From a virus (taxonomy: Duplodnaviria; Caudoviricetes), in IMG/VR virus record IMGVR_UViG_3300029288_000143, positions 14,068-78,067 of that record: a stretch of DNA of 64,000 nucleotides, one strand, 5' to 3'. The stretch's first letter is position 1, and every line of letters begins with the position of its first letter. The notes below the pieces were generated by a model that worked only from the letters and a program-made list of their open reading frames with translations, did no database searches and was not told the DNA's origin. A program made the translations under genes and the position numbers. Of this stretch, positions 30,001 to 39,076 are shown piece after piece.

Positions 30001-30612
30001 ACTACCGTGACGCTCGACGGTTCGTACATCGCGGCGTACACCGCGGCTTTGGTAGCGTCGTTCCTGAACCCCAGCGACACCATCGGACGCAAATCGGTGT
30101 CTTCATTCGACACCATCACAACGTTCAACGAGAAGGAATTGGTCCTTCTGGGTCAGGCTTCCATCACGTCGCTGGATTCTATCGGTACTGGTATTTATCA
30201 GTACGTGGAGTCTGTGACCGTCGATACCACGGAACTCGCGCTGAACGAGATTTCGGCTCGTACTCAGGCACACTACGTCGTGAAGTACGTGCGGCAGAAG
30301 ATGGACGAGACCCTGACGTATCTCGTTCCTCCTTCTCCTCTGGCCGGTGTTGCGATCATCACGAACCAGCTGGTGCTCTGCCTCAGCGGGCTCGTAGCGA
30401 GCGGCGTGATTGCGCCGTACGGCAGCGACACGAATCCTCCGACGATCCGGCAGATTAATCCGGACCAGGATGTGTACGTGTTCGCGGATGAGATCGAGAA
30501 GACGAAGTATCACTTCTGGTATTACTTTAATGCCAGGTACCCGATCAAGCGCCTCTTCGGTCTCTACAGTGTTGATACCAAGTTCTGGCAGACCCAGTCT
30601 GCTGGTCAGTAA
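27082..30612 (+). CDS. Contractile tail sheath protein with large inserted domains
   Basis: N-term YVRPGAYIGF; sheath C-term (ESVTVD...NEISAR...YVVKYVRQKMDE...YPIKRLFGLY); upstream of the tube gene; AGGAG SD. Confidence 0.85.
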   Translation: MAIGDIRLTNSRYVRPGAYIGFVPQPSPVSPTGNPRYPCIVGRGSRLARVNAEQHVRARVYGEQLTFTSTAPYIAYLDNNANPDKGLTQVYDSSGRPVPSDKWAFLVNLSASGYYNRVQIDSTTFNKNVTYYVEYQSVDRGVLDEMMFDGVREMLLVGDAEGQNKYVEFTDYRVVTSLVGSTVDPDACTADTDNTFYASTIVPAALVPAPAPGAGSVALNAATNYIGGYNRKYVLECVAVNGGVSADFSLTVTNYSGGNAQTPNVPYVPAATTSIFRRIFADPATAFSLSNPASVGVLSGYLTTNPLPNFFGSDGIVLDIDAAFIGGDVGITWTWMAYGPGKVEFASAHDNTNQYSTVLDPVELGDIDPALAATAQTSGGKITVHADTDFSDTLDRSYFLHCSASGGAVPNRTATITWAGYKELPYTTGSIGLVEGTPASYQRVLLENGIYLTFAFGTSHNLVDTTNVLASPAASTLSSAITLANEIRTEYGEHDNNTGGAWHVAGSGAHQIVAAASADLATLRTLALDIQTKYSAHLADTTEHVVVDAIWTLDTDLTITAASDLAALVNFLNDVRTKYTRHGVANGFDLADTWRVDAKAARREFTGKDDRTVTLTFSAPVAATSVTATYTSSTLEGGWATETISDYSDPWFDLPDNIRLMVRNLQGFTSNPGPPLIPNTHERYAANDVFTFATLNHDEIDWSLVNRASETTDSSDIRQDTLGTITGTPLYFYLVLQETPETVLRVKDAATLLPISYTWISDTPYIAFASDPTVDVIVDYEYRGNEPDPGNAYYITANRIRIDSGSENEYEIPRRFLNHDASRLGLYPAETNNHLWLGSETMWDARPFGIYCVQVKSAAGDDTFTTTDYRRGIDATETSNAITDVIPLSHFAVIPYAKTSIENMNNPFEAKERLLWVGAQVGTQVGDESTANTLVYYARRTLQCSPSSPGKGNIILIGNNEATRTYALEDGSATTVTLDGSYIAAYTAALVASFLNPSDTIGRKSVSSFDTITTFNEKELVLLGQASITSLDSIGTGIYQYVESVTVDTTELALNEISARTQAHYVVKYVRQKMDETLTYLVPPSPLAGVAIITNQLVLCLSGLVASGVIAPYGSDTNPPTIRQINPDQDVYVFADEIEKTKYHFWYYFNARYPIKRLFGLYSVDTKFWQTQSAGQ

Positions 30613-30618
30613 CTAAGG

Positions 30619-30656
30619 GCGCCGGGTCCACGCTTAACTATATGTGGACCCGGCGC
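30619..30656 (+). terminator. 13-bp GC-rich hairpin after sheath gene, followed by AATTTTT
   Basis: GCGCCGGGTCCAC-GCTTAACTATAT-GTGGACCCGGCGC. Confidence 0.65.
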
Positions 30657-30664
30657 AATTTTTC

Positions 30665-31078
30665 ATGATTCTAGAAGTCAGTGCCGAGTATGATGCCGCC
30701 ACGGACGTCGCGCAAGTCGCAACGATTGTGCAAACTGACGCCGGAGTATCAGCAGCAGACCAGGTCGAATCCGGAGTAGTGGAATTACTTCAAGGTTCAG
30801 CTGCACAGTACAGCGCGGCGTTTAATTATCGTGACGTCGTGTTGATCGAAAACGACGGGCAGTATTCTGACGTTGGGCGTTTTTATACTTTTGTGCTCCA
30901 TCCTAATATGCAAAAGCATATGACAGCTCGGTGCACAGTGACGCTAAATAATGGAGATACGGCGACCCGAGTCGTTCCTGTAAATTATCGTTATGTGGGA
31001 TCGACAATGCCGACATTGAATCCTCTGTTCGGCGGTGTTGAGAATTACGATTTCGAACAAACCCCAGACAAGCCGTAG
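30665..31078 (+). CDS. Hypothetical tail-module protein
   Basis: ORF opens at GTG 30644 inside the hairpin; ATG 30665 more plausible. Confidence 0.6.
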   Translation: MILEVSAEYDAATDVAQVATIVQTDAGVSAADQVESGVVELLQGSAAQYSAAFNYRDVVLIENDGQYSDVGRFYTFVLHPNMQKHMTARCTVTLNNGDTATRVVPVNYRYVGSTMPTLNPLFGGVENYDFEQTPDKP

Positions 31079-31084
31079 GTCCAT

Positions 31085-31516
31085 ATGTTATACCCATGCA
31101 GAATTGATTGGCCAGCCAATATCACAGCGGGCGATGAGTACACGTTTGTCGTTGAAGACACGGCGCTGGCAAACGCCAATGCGATTTACGAGCCGGTGCT
31201 CAGAGTTTATAATTTCGGGACTGAAACGTTAGATCTCACGATTACCCACAAGCTAGACCTGGGTACTGGCGATGACCCACTACACAACGGTATCTTTGAA
31301 ATGGATGTCGTCGTGACGATCATTCCAACCGGTACTTACGTGGACTTCACTTTCGGCGGTCTGCATCTCGCTACTGATACCGTTTTGGCCGTTACCCACA
31401 CCGTTGAAGTCGCGAATGCCTCGGGGTCCACGCAGCTCATGCATGCCGTACTTTACGGCAAAGCCGAACTCGAAGCTCAGCTTCCAGCGTCTGCGGCGAT
31501 TATTCGCAACGCTTAA
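31085..31516 (+). CDS. Beta-rich virion protein
   Basis: 143-aa ORF in the tail operon. Confidence 0.6.
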   Translation: MLYPCRIDWPANITAGDEYTFVVEDTALANANAIYEPVLRVYNFGTETLDLTITHKLDLGTGDDPLHNGIFEMDVVVTIIPTGTYVDFTFGGLHLATDTVLAVTHTVEVANASGSTQLMHAVLYGKAELEAQLPASAAIIRNA

Positions 31517-31525
31517 AGGCACGAC

Positions 31526-32203
31526 ATGATCCGCATTAGAAACATTTCACGAACTCCCACGGCACCCGGAAACCGCATAGGTTTCAAGATTAAAGGCATC
31601 GGGACTTCCGGCATGCACGCGGGTTATCTCGATCTGGAGCCGCAGCAGCAAGTGGAACTCCCGCGTCTTGCCATGAAGGACTGGCCGTTTTCTGCCAAGC
31701 AAGCCCTGGCGGAATACGTGGCCCATGGTCTCGTGGAAGTCGCGGAAGTCGATTCCGTGCATCTATATAAAGACAAGGGACACGACCTCGCCTATTCCCC
31801 CGATTACATTCTGGCCGAAGCTGGTGCCAATATGCTCACGGCGTCCATCACAGCAGCCATAGATTTCACTGCACAATTCAATCAGCATGCCGCGAGCACG
31901 GCGATACACACTGCAGCAGCGGTCCAAATTACGCATGCAGTGCCTACGACCACTCTAGCGAGTCTTCAGAATTGGCTAGTTAACGCGGGTGGCGCGCAGC
32001 TAGTATTCGTTGCGCACCTAGCCGATGCTGCCGCGCATTCTACTTTGGATAATTCCAACGCCATCGCTTCGATCGCGCCGGTGTCTATCCCCGCAGCGGC
32101 AGCTGCGGTCGTAGAACTCATGCGTGCGTACACCGCGCACAAAGAATGGTTTTTAGAATCTACCGCGGCCGTGCTCAACGTTCCCGGCATCCTGACTTAC
32201 TAA
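31526..32203 (+). CDS. Virion decoration protein with His-containing helical repeats
   Basis: FNQHAASTAIH, FVAHLADAAAH, AYTAHKE repeats resemble the sheath insertion. Confidence 0.65.
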   Translation: MIRIRNISRTPTAPGNRIGFKIKGIGTSGMHAGYLDLEPQQQVELPRLAMKDWPFSAKQALAEYVAHGLVEVAEVDSVHLYKDKGHDLAYSPDYILAEAGANMLTASITAAIDFTAQFNQHAASTAIHTAAAVQITHAVPTTTLASLQNWLVNAGGAQLVFVAHLADAAAHSTLDNSNAIASIAPVSIPAAAAAVVELMRAYTAHKEWFLESTAAVLNVPGILTY

Positions 32204-32240
32204 CGTTGTCGGGCGCGGCCTGACAAAGAAAAGGTGATCC

Positions 32241-32774
32241 ATGGCACTAGATTACGCAAAATATGCATCTAACTCCGTCGGCGTCGTGACCGAGCCGCTC
32301 AATTATACTCACCCGCAAGCCCCGACTGAGAAAACCTACCACGGCATCGCAATTTCGATCAACGGTGCCGTTGTGGGCCGCGTCCAGTCATGGAACAATA
32401 AGGGCGGTAAAACTCGTGAGGCTTCTCACGTTTACGAACTAAACAACCGTACCTTCGGGCGCCCCGTCGATGTTGTGCCTGGCGTGGCCAAAGGGTACAC
32501 TATTGCGGCTTCTGCGCTTGAATTATGGGGCAAGGAGATCGAATTTATCCTTGGATCTTCAACACGTTACATCGATCTCGTGAGCCAAACGGCTCCGTTC
32601 ACCGCCGAGGAATTCTGGCACCGCGGCTCTAACCCTTATGAAACGTGGACGTACCTTGGCTGCTGGATGACTGATATGGATCAATCCGAATTCAAATCGG
32701 ACGGTGATGCTAAAGTTACGACCAACGTGAACTTTACGTATACCGCTAGAATGCACATTCAGCATTCTATCTAG
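32241..32774 (+). CDS. Tail tube protein
   Basis: ISINGAVVGRVQSW...VYELN...PVDVVPG...WTYLGCWMTD...TTNVNFTYT; position after the sheath. Confidence 0.8.
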   Translation: MALDYAKYASNSVGVVTEPLNYTHPQAPTEKTYHGIAISINGAVVGRVQSWNNKGGKTREASHVYELNNRTFGRPVDVVPGVAKGYTIAASALELWGKEIEFILGSSTRYIDLVSQTAPFTAEEFWHRGSNPYETWTYLGCWMTDMDQSEFKSDGDAKVTTNVNFTYTARMHIQHSI

Positions 32775-32830
32775 ATTTTGGTAAATACCTAAATTCTTTG
32801 TTGTAAAACGTCCTCCGTCAGGAGGATACG

Positions 32831-33634
32831 ATGCCGACATTTGCACGCATTGATGCCAAGAGTGCTACTGTTTCCCACCACCTCCGGGCCGCGCGCCAAG
32901 TAATTCTCAATTCCCTTCCTCGTCCGTCCGATCGTGCAGTAAACAAAGTATTGGAAAGGCTCACGCAGGCATATCAAACTTTGCCGCTGCACAGGCTTAC
33001 CCTTTTGATGCAGGTTATTGAAACAGCCCCGAGGATTAAACGCGCGGAATCGATGCGAAATGTTTATCAGCAACTGGACAACATTTTGCTGGATTTGGGA
33101 CACTGTACAAAAACACCAGATCAAGACGACGCCATTTTAGCGTTCATGAAAGCAGTTTCTACCAAGGGGTGGAAAACTCAGGAATTGAATGAACGCGAGA
33201 CGCAACAAGATGGATTCAAACAGTCACAAGACTACATCGATACTATTGCCGTCGACGCAGACGAACTCCTGCAAACTGAATTCGGCGTAATCTCGGTTCC
33301 CATTGTGCTATTGCAAGGATATTCTATTCCCAAGCAGGCACTGAACGATTGGTCGCAAGAACCTTATAATTTAGACATCGCGGTCGTGTTTGGCCGCTAC
33401 ATCACGCTTTCACCGGTTCCATGTATTGGAATTGCTAAAAAATTAGTCGAAATTCATCGGGATAAAGAAACTATCGTCGACATGACAAAATTCTTCCGGA
33501 TGGCTCGGGAGCTTAAAGCTGAAATGCCAATTCCATTTCCGCGTCTGGTTGGTGGACATTATTACTGTCCGGTGTGGACAGAACGAGACGAAGCTCGACG
33601 ATTTTTGAGACAGTGGGATTTGTTATTGAGATAA
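32831..33634 (+). CDS. Hypothetical protein
   Basis: 267 aa; AGGAGG SD. Confidence 0.7.
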   Translation: MPTFARIDAKSATVSHHLRAARQVILNSLPRPSDRAVNKVLERLTQAYQTLPLHRLTLLMQVIETAPRIKRAESMRNVYQQLDNILLDLGHCTKTPDQDDAILAFMKAVSTKGWKTQELNERETQQDGFKQSQDYIDTIAVDADELLQTEFGVISVPIVLLQGYSIPKQALNDWSQEPYNLDIAVVFGRYITLSPVPCIGIAKKLVEIHRDKETIVDMTKFFRMARELKAEMPIPFPRLVGGHYYCPVWTERDEARRFLRQWDLLLR

Positions 33635-33665
33635 CTGTAAAACCCAACCTCACTTTGAGGTCCCA

Positions 33666-34760
33666 ATGCCCACACAAAAAACCGGAATGACTCCTCCCCA
33701 AAATCCTGCTGCGCCGACGACCCCTGTGCCAACCCAGGAAGTGTCGCAGCAAGCGCCCACGCTGCAGCCTGGACAGTCGATGACTATCGGTGGGCGCGAG
33801 ATGACGAGGATGTCGGTGCTCGGCGCAGTGAACGAGCACATGCAGACAACGGGCAAAGATCTATTCGGCAACCCCGCTGGAGGAGGCGTTAGTCCAGACG
33901 CCGCACAATTCGCGGCAGACGCAGCGCAACTGGGACTGAACGTTACGGCTGAGCCACAGCGCAGACCAGATCTGCCAGTACGTCAGGTGCCACGACAAGA
34001 GGACGCTGATGTCGTTCGTCCGCCGGAAAAAGATGAAAACCCGAACGAATTGGTCAATATTATTTCCGACCAGATCAACATGGCGCATCGGTCAGGAAAT
34101 GAAGATCTGGCTAATGAATTACGGGAAACTTTGAATAAACTCCTGGGCACGCAACAGTCACTCAAAAAAGTGCACAGGGCCAAAAAAGAGAACGCTATTC
34201 TGTCCAGGTTGAAGGCCGACCTAGGTATTCAGAAAATCAAACCCGTGTCAGTGGATTGGGGCGGGTACAAATGGCACTTTGCTCCAGCCCCCGCAGCCAT
34301 GGACCGTTGGCTCGTCGCGATGGCAGCGACTGATGGTGCCAACATGTATTCCGTCCTCAAGGTCGCGATTTCCCTGGTAGGGATTGATGGCGAACCCGTA
34401 TGGAAGGTCCTGGGCATCGAGCTAGAAGCAGATTACCGCCAGGATGGCAGTGACAAAACTGTGCGTGTGCCGCTGTACACGCGTCTTTGCCCGTCGTGTG
34501 GCAATAATGTCGGCTTTGAGACTGATACGTGTCAGCAGTGCGGAACACTGCTCGACGTATTTTCCATGCCGCTGCCTCTACGGCTCCGGTGTGCGGATGC
34601 GGTGAACCAGTTTTTCCAGAATGATTTCGGTCCGTACGAGCAACTGGTCGATTTGTACGATTTGCTCAATAAAGCAATGCCAGACCGAATTAAAAACCAC
34701 AACGATATCTACCCTTTTCTGAAAGTATCCCAGCCGCAGCCGCAGCCGACCCTTACTTAG
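33666..34760 (+). CDS. Tail assembly chaperone (G-like)
   Basis: Between tube and tape measure; ends ...IYPFLK with slippery C_CCT_TTT; internal CPSC/CQQC Zn ribbon. Confidence 0.7.
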   Translation: MPTQKTGMTPPQNPAAPTTPVPTQEVSQQAPTLQPGQSMTIGGREMTRMSVLGAVNEHMQTTGKDLFGNPAGGGVSPDAAQFAADAAQLGLNVTAEPQRRPDLPVRQVPRQEDADVVRPPEKDENPNELVNIISDQINMAHRSGNEDLANELRETLNKLLGTQQSLKKVHRAKKENAILSRLKADLGIQKIKPVSVDWGGYKWHFAPAPAAMDRWLVAMAATDGANMYSVLKVAISLVGIDGEPVWKVLGIELEADYRQDGSDKTVRVPLYTRLCPSCGNNVGFETDTCQQCGTLLDVFSMPLPLRLRCADAVNQFFQNDFGPYEQLVDLYDLLNKAMPDRIKNHNDIYPFLKVSQPQPQPTLT

Positions 34761-35200
34761 CAATTTGGGGTCGTGTTTGTGCTAGGTTGAGGCTTTCGCC
34801 GCTGGAAGAGCGCGCGAAGCAGTTGTACTACAATCCCACGGCTTTGCTGTGGACCGATTGGAATTGTGGGCAGGAAAACGATGCAACGTTTGATCGCCTA
34901 GGTGATATGCTGGGCGTGCGCTGGACCCGGGAACAAGTCGAACAGGTTTTCAACAGTCGTACGGACCCCCGGCAAAAGCTGGAAACTATTTCGATCCCAC
35001 TGACATTTGTAATTCAGCCTGAGTTCCAAGAGGCTGTCAAAAGTATGTTTGGTTCTAAGTTCGGTATTGACCCGCCTGAATGGGCCAAGACTGCAACGGT
35101 GGTTGAAGGTTGGGATATCCCTCGCGATCAATTCATGCATTTGGCTCGCGGTGCTTCCGTGGCGATCCCTGTGGAGCAAATGCGACAGCGTAAGCACTAG
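34712..35200 (+). CDS. -1 frameshift extension of the tail assembly chaperone (GT-like)
   Basis: Heptamer CCCTTTT at 34712-34718; the -1 frame is open from 34694 to 35200 (SESIPAAAAADPYLAIWGRVCARLRLSPLEERAK...). Confidence 0.7.
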   Translation, partial: PFSESIPAAAAADPYLAIWGRVCARLRLSPLEERAKQLYYNPTALLWTDWNCGQENDATFDRLGDMLGVRWTREQVEQVFNSRTDPRQKLETISIPLTFVIQPEFQEAVKSMFGSKFGIDPPEWAKTATVVEGWDIPRDQFMHLARGASVAIPVEQMRQRKH

Positions 35201-35208
35201 GTGAAGTC

Positions 35209-37911
35209 ATGACGGTATTGGGCGGCACTCCTCCAGGCGGAACTGGCAGCGGTAAAGGCGGAAACCCGCCTGCAACCCCGTCTAACATCAATCTTGCTAG
35301 CAGCACGGCGTCGATTAATGCCGAAACCGAAGCCTTGCTGCCCAATACCAAAGCACTAGATCAAAACGAGGGTGCACGTGAACGCTTAGGGCGACTACAG
35401 AAACAAAAGATACCCGAAACGTTCCTGGAATATTTAAAACGCGAAACAGAAGAACTTCAAAAAGCCACCGTGGCCATGGGGCAGTATCGTCAATATGTCG
35501 GTCAAAGCTTTGAAGCGGTCAAAGGCTTCATGACCGAAATGCAGAACATGAATTCGTTGACTGCAATTTACACGAGAACCTTGAACCAGCTCGAGCACAG
35601 CACACAAACCTATACGTCGTCCATGCAGGCCAATACGGACAACATGGGGCAGGCAACAGAACAAGCCGATAGATTCTTTGAGGGTACCAGGGCAGCAGCA
35701 GCAGAAGCAGAAAATCTAGCTGCTACGTATAAAATGTCCTCGGAGGAAATCAACGCAGCGAGTCGCACGGCGCAGAAAATGTTCGCAACCCAACTCGGGG
35801 CCATGGACGACGTGGGCCAGGGCATGAAAGACCTGCAGAAGAATTCAATAGTACTGGGTCGCTATCTTGGCGTTGATCAAAAAGAAGTCATGGAATCTTG
35901 GCGCGAACGTATGGAAGCGTCGAACATGACTTTGGAAGACGCGCAGCAAGAAACCGCGATGCTCACGAAGGTCACGGACCAGTACACCAAGGAATTGACC
36001 TCGCTGAGCGGCGAGATGCTCAAGACGGCTAAAATCGGCAAAAAAGAGATGTTCGAGGCGACCAAGGCCATCAACAATGAGTTTAAAATCGGGGTGCCGA
36101 ATGTCGTCGCGTATACTAACGCCATGGCCAAAATGGCCGTGCAGGCAGCTAAATTCGGTGGAACAAAAAATGAGCAAAAAGATGCCATGGAAGGCGTGCT
36201 TCGACTAGGCAAGTCGCTCACAACGGTGAAGGGCGAATTCGGGCTCATGGGTATGCTGGCGTCTGAAAAACTATACGCCCAGTTTAAGACGGCACCAGAA
36301 ACTTTGTCCAAAGGTCTACGTGAGCGCTTCAGTGCACGCGCCAGCATGATGGAGGGGGCACCCGACATCATGAAACGCCAGTACGCGATGGAAACTGCTG
36401 GAGGGAGTAAAGAATTTACGCGCTTGGCTTTCGCTGAGTTAGCTGCAAAAGGTAGCGGAAATGTAGATCAATTAGCTGCACAAATACAAGAAGTTGCTGG
36501 TGGTTCGGCCATAACAGCGCGTATGCTCGCCAGTGCAACTTTGTCTAAGGATGAAAAGTCTTTCGACAAAGCATTCAGCGAGCTAGAAGAATCTAACAAA
36601 ACTGAAGCACAAAAACAGCTCGATAAAGTGGAAGAGACCGTTAAAAACGGAGCGAAAACCAATACACTGCTGGGTAATGTCGTAAGTGAACTACAAAAAA
36701 TTCAAAAATACATGATGTATATGGCCGTAGGAAGCCCCATATTGTCTGCACTTGCCGGACCATTGGCTGGTAAGCTGCTCGGGGGTGTACTAGGTTTAGG
36801 CACTAAAGTCCTTGCAGGCGGCGCAGTGACCAGCGCAACTTCAACGACAGCAGCCGGAACCATTGTAACGGGCGGCAGTACTGCTGCGGCTACGGGTGCC
36901 GGCGCGCTCGCAGCGATCAAGGCGGCTGCCGCGGCTGCGGCGGTCCCTGCTGCGCTGGCCGCAGGTGCTGCAGCTGTGGGCTATGTTGGGTATAAAGCGT
37001 TCAAGGCTCACGAAGGCGATAAGGAAGACGAAGCGTCGGGCAGAAGAGCGCGTGGCGGGGCTAAATTCTCGAAATGGTTGACAGGGCAGGATTCCGTAGA
37101 TCTAAACAATGTCGTTATGAATATGTCGTGGGAGGAATTAGCCAACAGGAAAAAAATGATCGTTGAGCTTAAAAAGGACGTAACTAGGCTAAAAAGTCTG
37201 GGCGACAAGATGACGGAAGTAGACAAAAAAGAGCTAGAACTACGTGAGGAAAAGCTCGCTAAAATACAGAAATCTATCAAAGCCATTACCGACGCCGAGG
37301 CGAAAGAAAAAGCGTTCACCGACCAAGAGCTTAATGCACGCCATGAAGCCACTGTGGCAGAAACCGTGAAGCGCGGTTTTGCCAATCTGGACGTTAGAGG
37401 CGGCACTCAAGGTATGGTGGCATCTTTCCTTTCTGGTCAAGGCCAAGATGTCATGCGCGGCGACTTTGCAGGTAATATCGCTGCGGCACTCGAGGGAAGC
37501 GAAGGCAAAGCGCTCAAGGAAAAGCTCGGTGAGGTTGGATTTAAAGAGTTTACAACGGCGTTAAACAAAGAAACTATGATTAAACAGATGGGTATAGCGA
37601 CATACGCCGAAGAGGCAAGAGTGCGTCGAGGCAGTAATACGCAAATAGCAGAAGAATGGGGCAAACGCGGGCGTGGTGCGGCGTCCACCATCATAGGGTT
37701 CACAGACGAAGAGCGTAAAGCCGTAAACAAGGGAACCAAATTGAGCATTTCGGCTGCCGCGGGAGATGACGGCAGCATTGCAATTCCCACAGTCGACGCC
37801 AACGGCACCATGACGATAGCTATGCCGTCGCAGTTCTTGAGAATAAACGGTAATGCGATGTCGACACAAATGTCAGATCTGCAGAACACCAACAGCAAGC
37901 CCGGTCTGTAA
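35209..37911 (+). CDS. Tape measure protein
   Basis: 900 aa, helical Ala/Glu/Lys/Met-rich with a hydrophobic Gly/Ala stretch; follows the G/GT chaperone. Confidence 0.75.
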   Translation: MTVLGGTPPGGTGSGKGGNPPATPSNINLASSTASINAETEALLPNTKALDQNEGARERLGRLQKQKIPETFLEYLKRETEELQKATVAMGQYRQYVGQSFEAVKGFMTEMQNMNSLTAIYTRTLNQLEHSTQTYTSSMQANTDNMGQATEQADRFFEGTRAAAAEAENLAATYKMSSEEINAASRTAQKMFATQLGAMDDVGQGMKDLQKNSIVLGRYLGVDQKEVMESWRERMEASNMTLEDAQQETAMLTKVTDQYTKELTSLSGEMLKTAKIGKKEMFEATKAINNEFKIGVPNVVAYTNAMAKMAVQAAKFGGTKNEQKDAMEGVLRLGKSLTTVKGEFGLMGMLASEKLYAQFKTAPETLSKGLRERFSARASMMEGAPDIMKRQYAMETAGGSKEFTRLAFAELAAKGSGNVDQLAAQIQEVAGGSAITARMLASATLSKDEKSFDKAFSELEESNKTEAQKQLDKVEETVKNGAKTNTLLGNVVSELQKIQKYMMYMAVGSPILSALAGPLAGKLLGGVLGLGTKVLAGGAVTSATSTTAAGTIVTGGSTAAATGAGALAAIKAAAAAAAVPAALAAGAAAVGYVGYKAFKAHEGDKEDEASGRRARGGAKFSKWLTGQDSVDLNNVVMNMSWEELANRKKMIVELKKDVTRLKSLGDKMTEVDKKELELREEKLAKIQKSIKAITDAEAKEKAFTDQELNARHEATVAETVKRGFANLDVRGGTQGMVASFLSGQGQDVMRGDFAGNIAAALEGSEGKALKEKLGEVGFKEFTTALNKETMIKQMGIATYAEEARVRRGSNTQIAEEWGKRGRGAASTIIGFTDEERKAVNKGTKLSISAAAGDDGSIAIPTVDANGTMTIAMPSQFLRINGNAMSTQMSDLQNTNSKPGL

Positions 37912-37934
37912 AACCGTTTCAGAAAGGATTTCAC

Positions 37935-38162
37935 ATGTCACAAAAACTTCGTAAGTGCATTCAACTCGGTAAAGTGGTGGTTCGTAATCGGACTTCCGGC
38001 GAAGTCATTGTGTATTACCCACTGCCAGACGGCTCGCCAGCGACTGCCACCATTTCCCCCGGTGGAAGTATGGAACTAGCGCCCAAGTTCACCACGCCGG
38101 CCATGTTGATGAAATCCAACCTGGAAGAGCTGGCCCGCAAAGGCCACGTGACTTTCATATAA
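37935..38162 (+). CDS. Small virion protein
   Basis: VVVRNRT...TISPGGSMEL...LEELARKGHV resembles the N-terminal domain of 31526..32203. Confidence 0.6.
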   Translation: MSQKLRKCIQLGKVVVRNRTSGEVIVYYPLPDGSPATATISPGGSMELAPKFTTPAMLMKSNLEELARKGHVTFI

Positions 38163-39043
38163 TGCAATGTCACATCCATGACAATGTTCCCGCCAGTGCA
38201 GATTTATTAGTCATTCACCACATTAAACCGCAAGCATTCGGCGGGCAAGACATACCTGAAAACCGTGTGATGCTGTGCGCATCATGTCACGACGTTCTGC
38301 ATAAAGCAGAACATAAATTATCCAAAGGAAAGACCGGAGAAGCACTAGATATTATCGATCGCTTTTTACCGAATCAGACTGCCAGGCAACAGCGTCTCCG
38401 TGCACTGATGAATTCTGTGGCCTCGGCGCGTAAGGCTTGGAAGACCAAGTCGAATGTTGTTCCGGAGGCTCAGGGTAAAGTTGACGACACTGTAATCGTA
38501 CAGCTAAATCTTCCGATTTGGTTACACCATAGGCTAAAAACAACCGCGCAAGATCAACAGGTTGGGTTGTACAAGCTCTGCCTCCGGGTGCTGGAGCAAT
38601 ATGTCGTCAAGCAAGACATGCCAACCTTGGACCCGGCTATACCCGCGGCTCCGGCACCAGAAGTAAAGTTCATCGCACCGAAGCCAAATAAAATAATCCA
38701 GATCTGGAATGTTTTGGATAAAGCCGACGCCATGGAACTCGAAACACGAATGTTGTCCGCGGGATCGAAAGAGCGCTATTGCGAGATCATGCAAAAGGCA
38801 CTCAAGCTATCCCCGTTGCCCCGCCACTTAGAAGATAAAGATTTTAGTCTGGACGACGCGTTCGGGCTGCTGACATGTGTGTTCGACAAACTTAAAAAAG
38901 CGCAAATGCGCGGAGTCGACGAACTATACTGCGGTGTACTTTTGCTGGCGCTCAAGGGTTACCCCGTTACTTTACAAATCCAGGCAGAAGCTCAGCACTA
39001 TAAAACAACAAAATGGTTATTGCATTTATTTCCTGCTGCGTAA
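38162..39043 (+). CDS. HNH endonuclease domain fused to a ribbon-helix-helix-like domain and a helical C-terminus
   Basis: IHHIKPQAFGGQDIPENRVMLCASCHDVLH; IVQLNLPIWLHHRLKTTAQDQQVGLYKLCLRVLEQYV. Confidence 0.75.
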   Translation: MQCHIHDNVPASADLLVIHHIKPQAFGGQDIPENRVMLCASCHDVLHKAEHKLSKGKTGEALDIIDRFLPNQTARQQRLRALMNSVASARKAWKTKSNVVPEAQGKVDDTVIVQLNLPIWLHHRLKTTAQDQQVGLYKLCLRVLEQYVVKQDMPTLDPAIPAAPAPEVKFIAPKPNKIIQIWNVLDKADAMELETRMLSAGSKERYCEIMQKALKLSPLPRHLEDKDFSLDDAFGLLTCVFDKLKKAQMRGVDELYCGVLLLALKGYPVTLQIQAEAQHYKTTKWLLHLFPAA

Positions 39044-39045
39044 AT

Positions 39046-39063
39046 CACCTTAAAGTTTAGTAG
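39046..39063 (+). promoter_or_regulatory. Putative phage late promoter
   Basis: CACCTTAaagttTAGTAG. Confidence 0.6.
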
Positions 39064-39076
39064 TTTGGAGGTCTCG

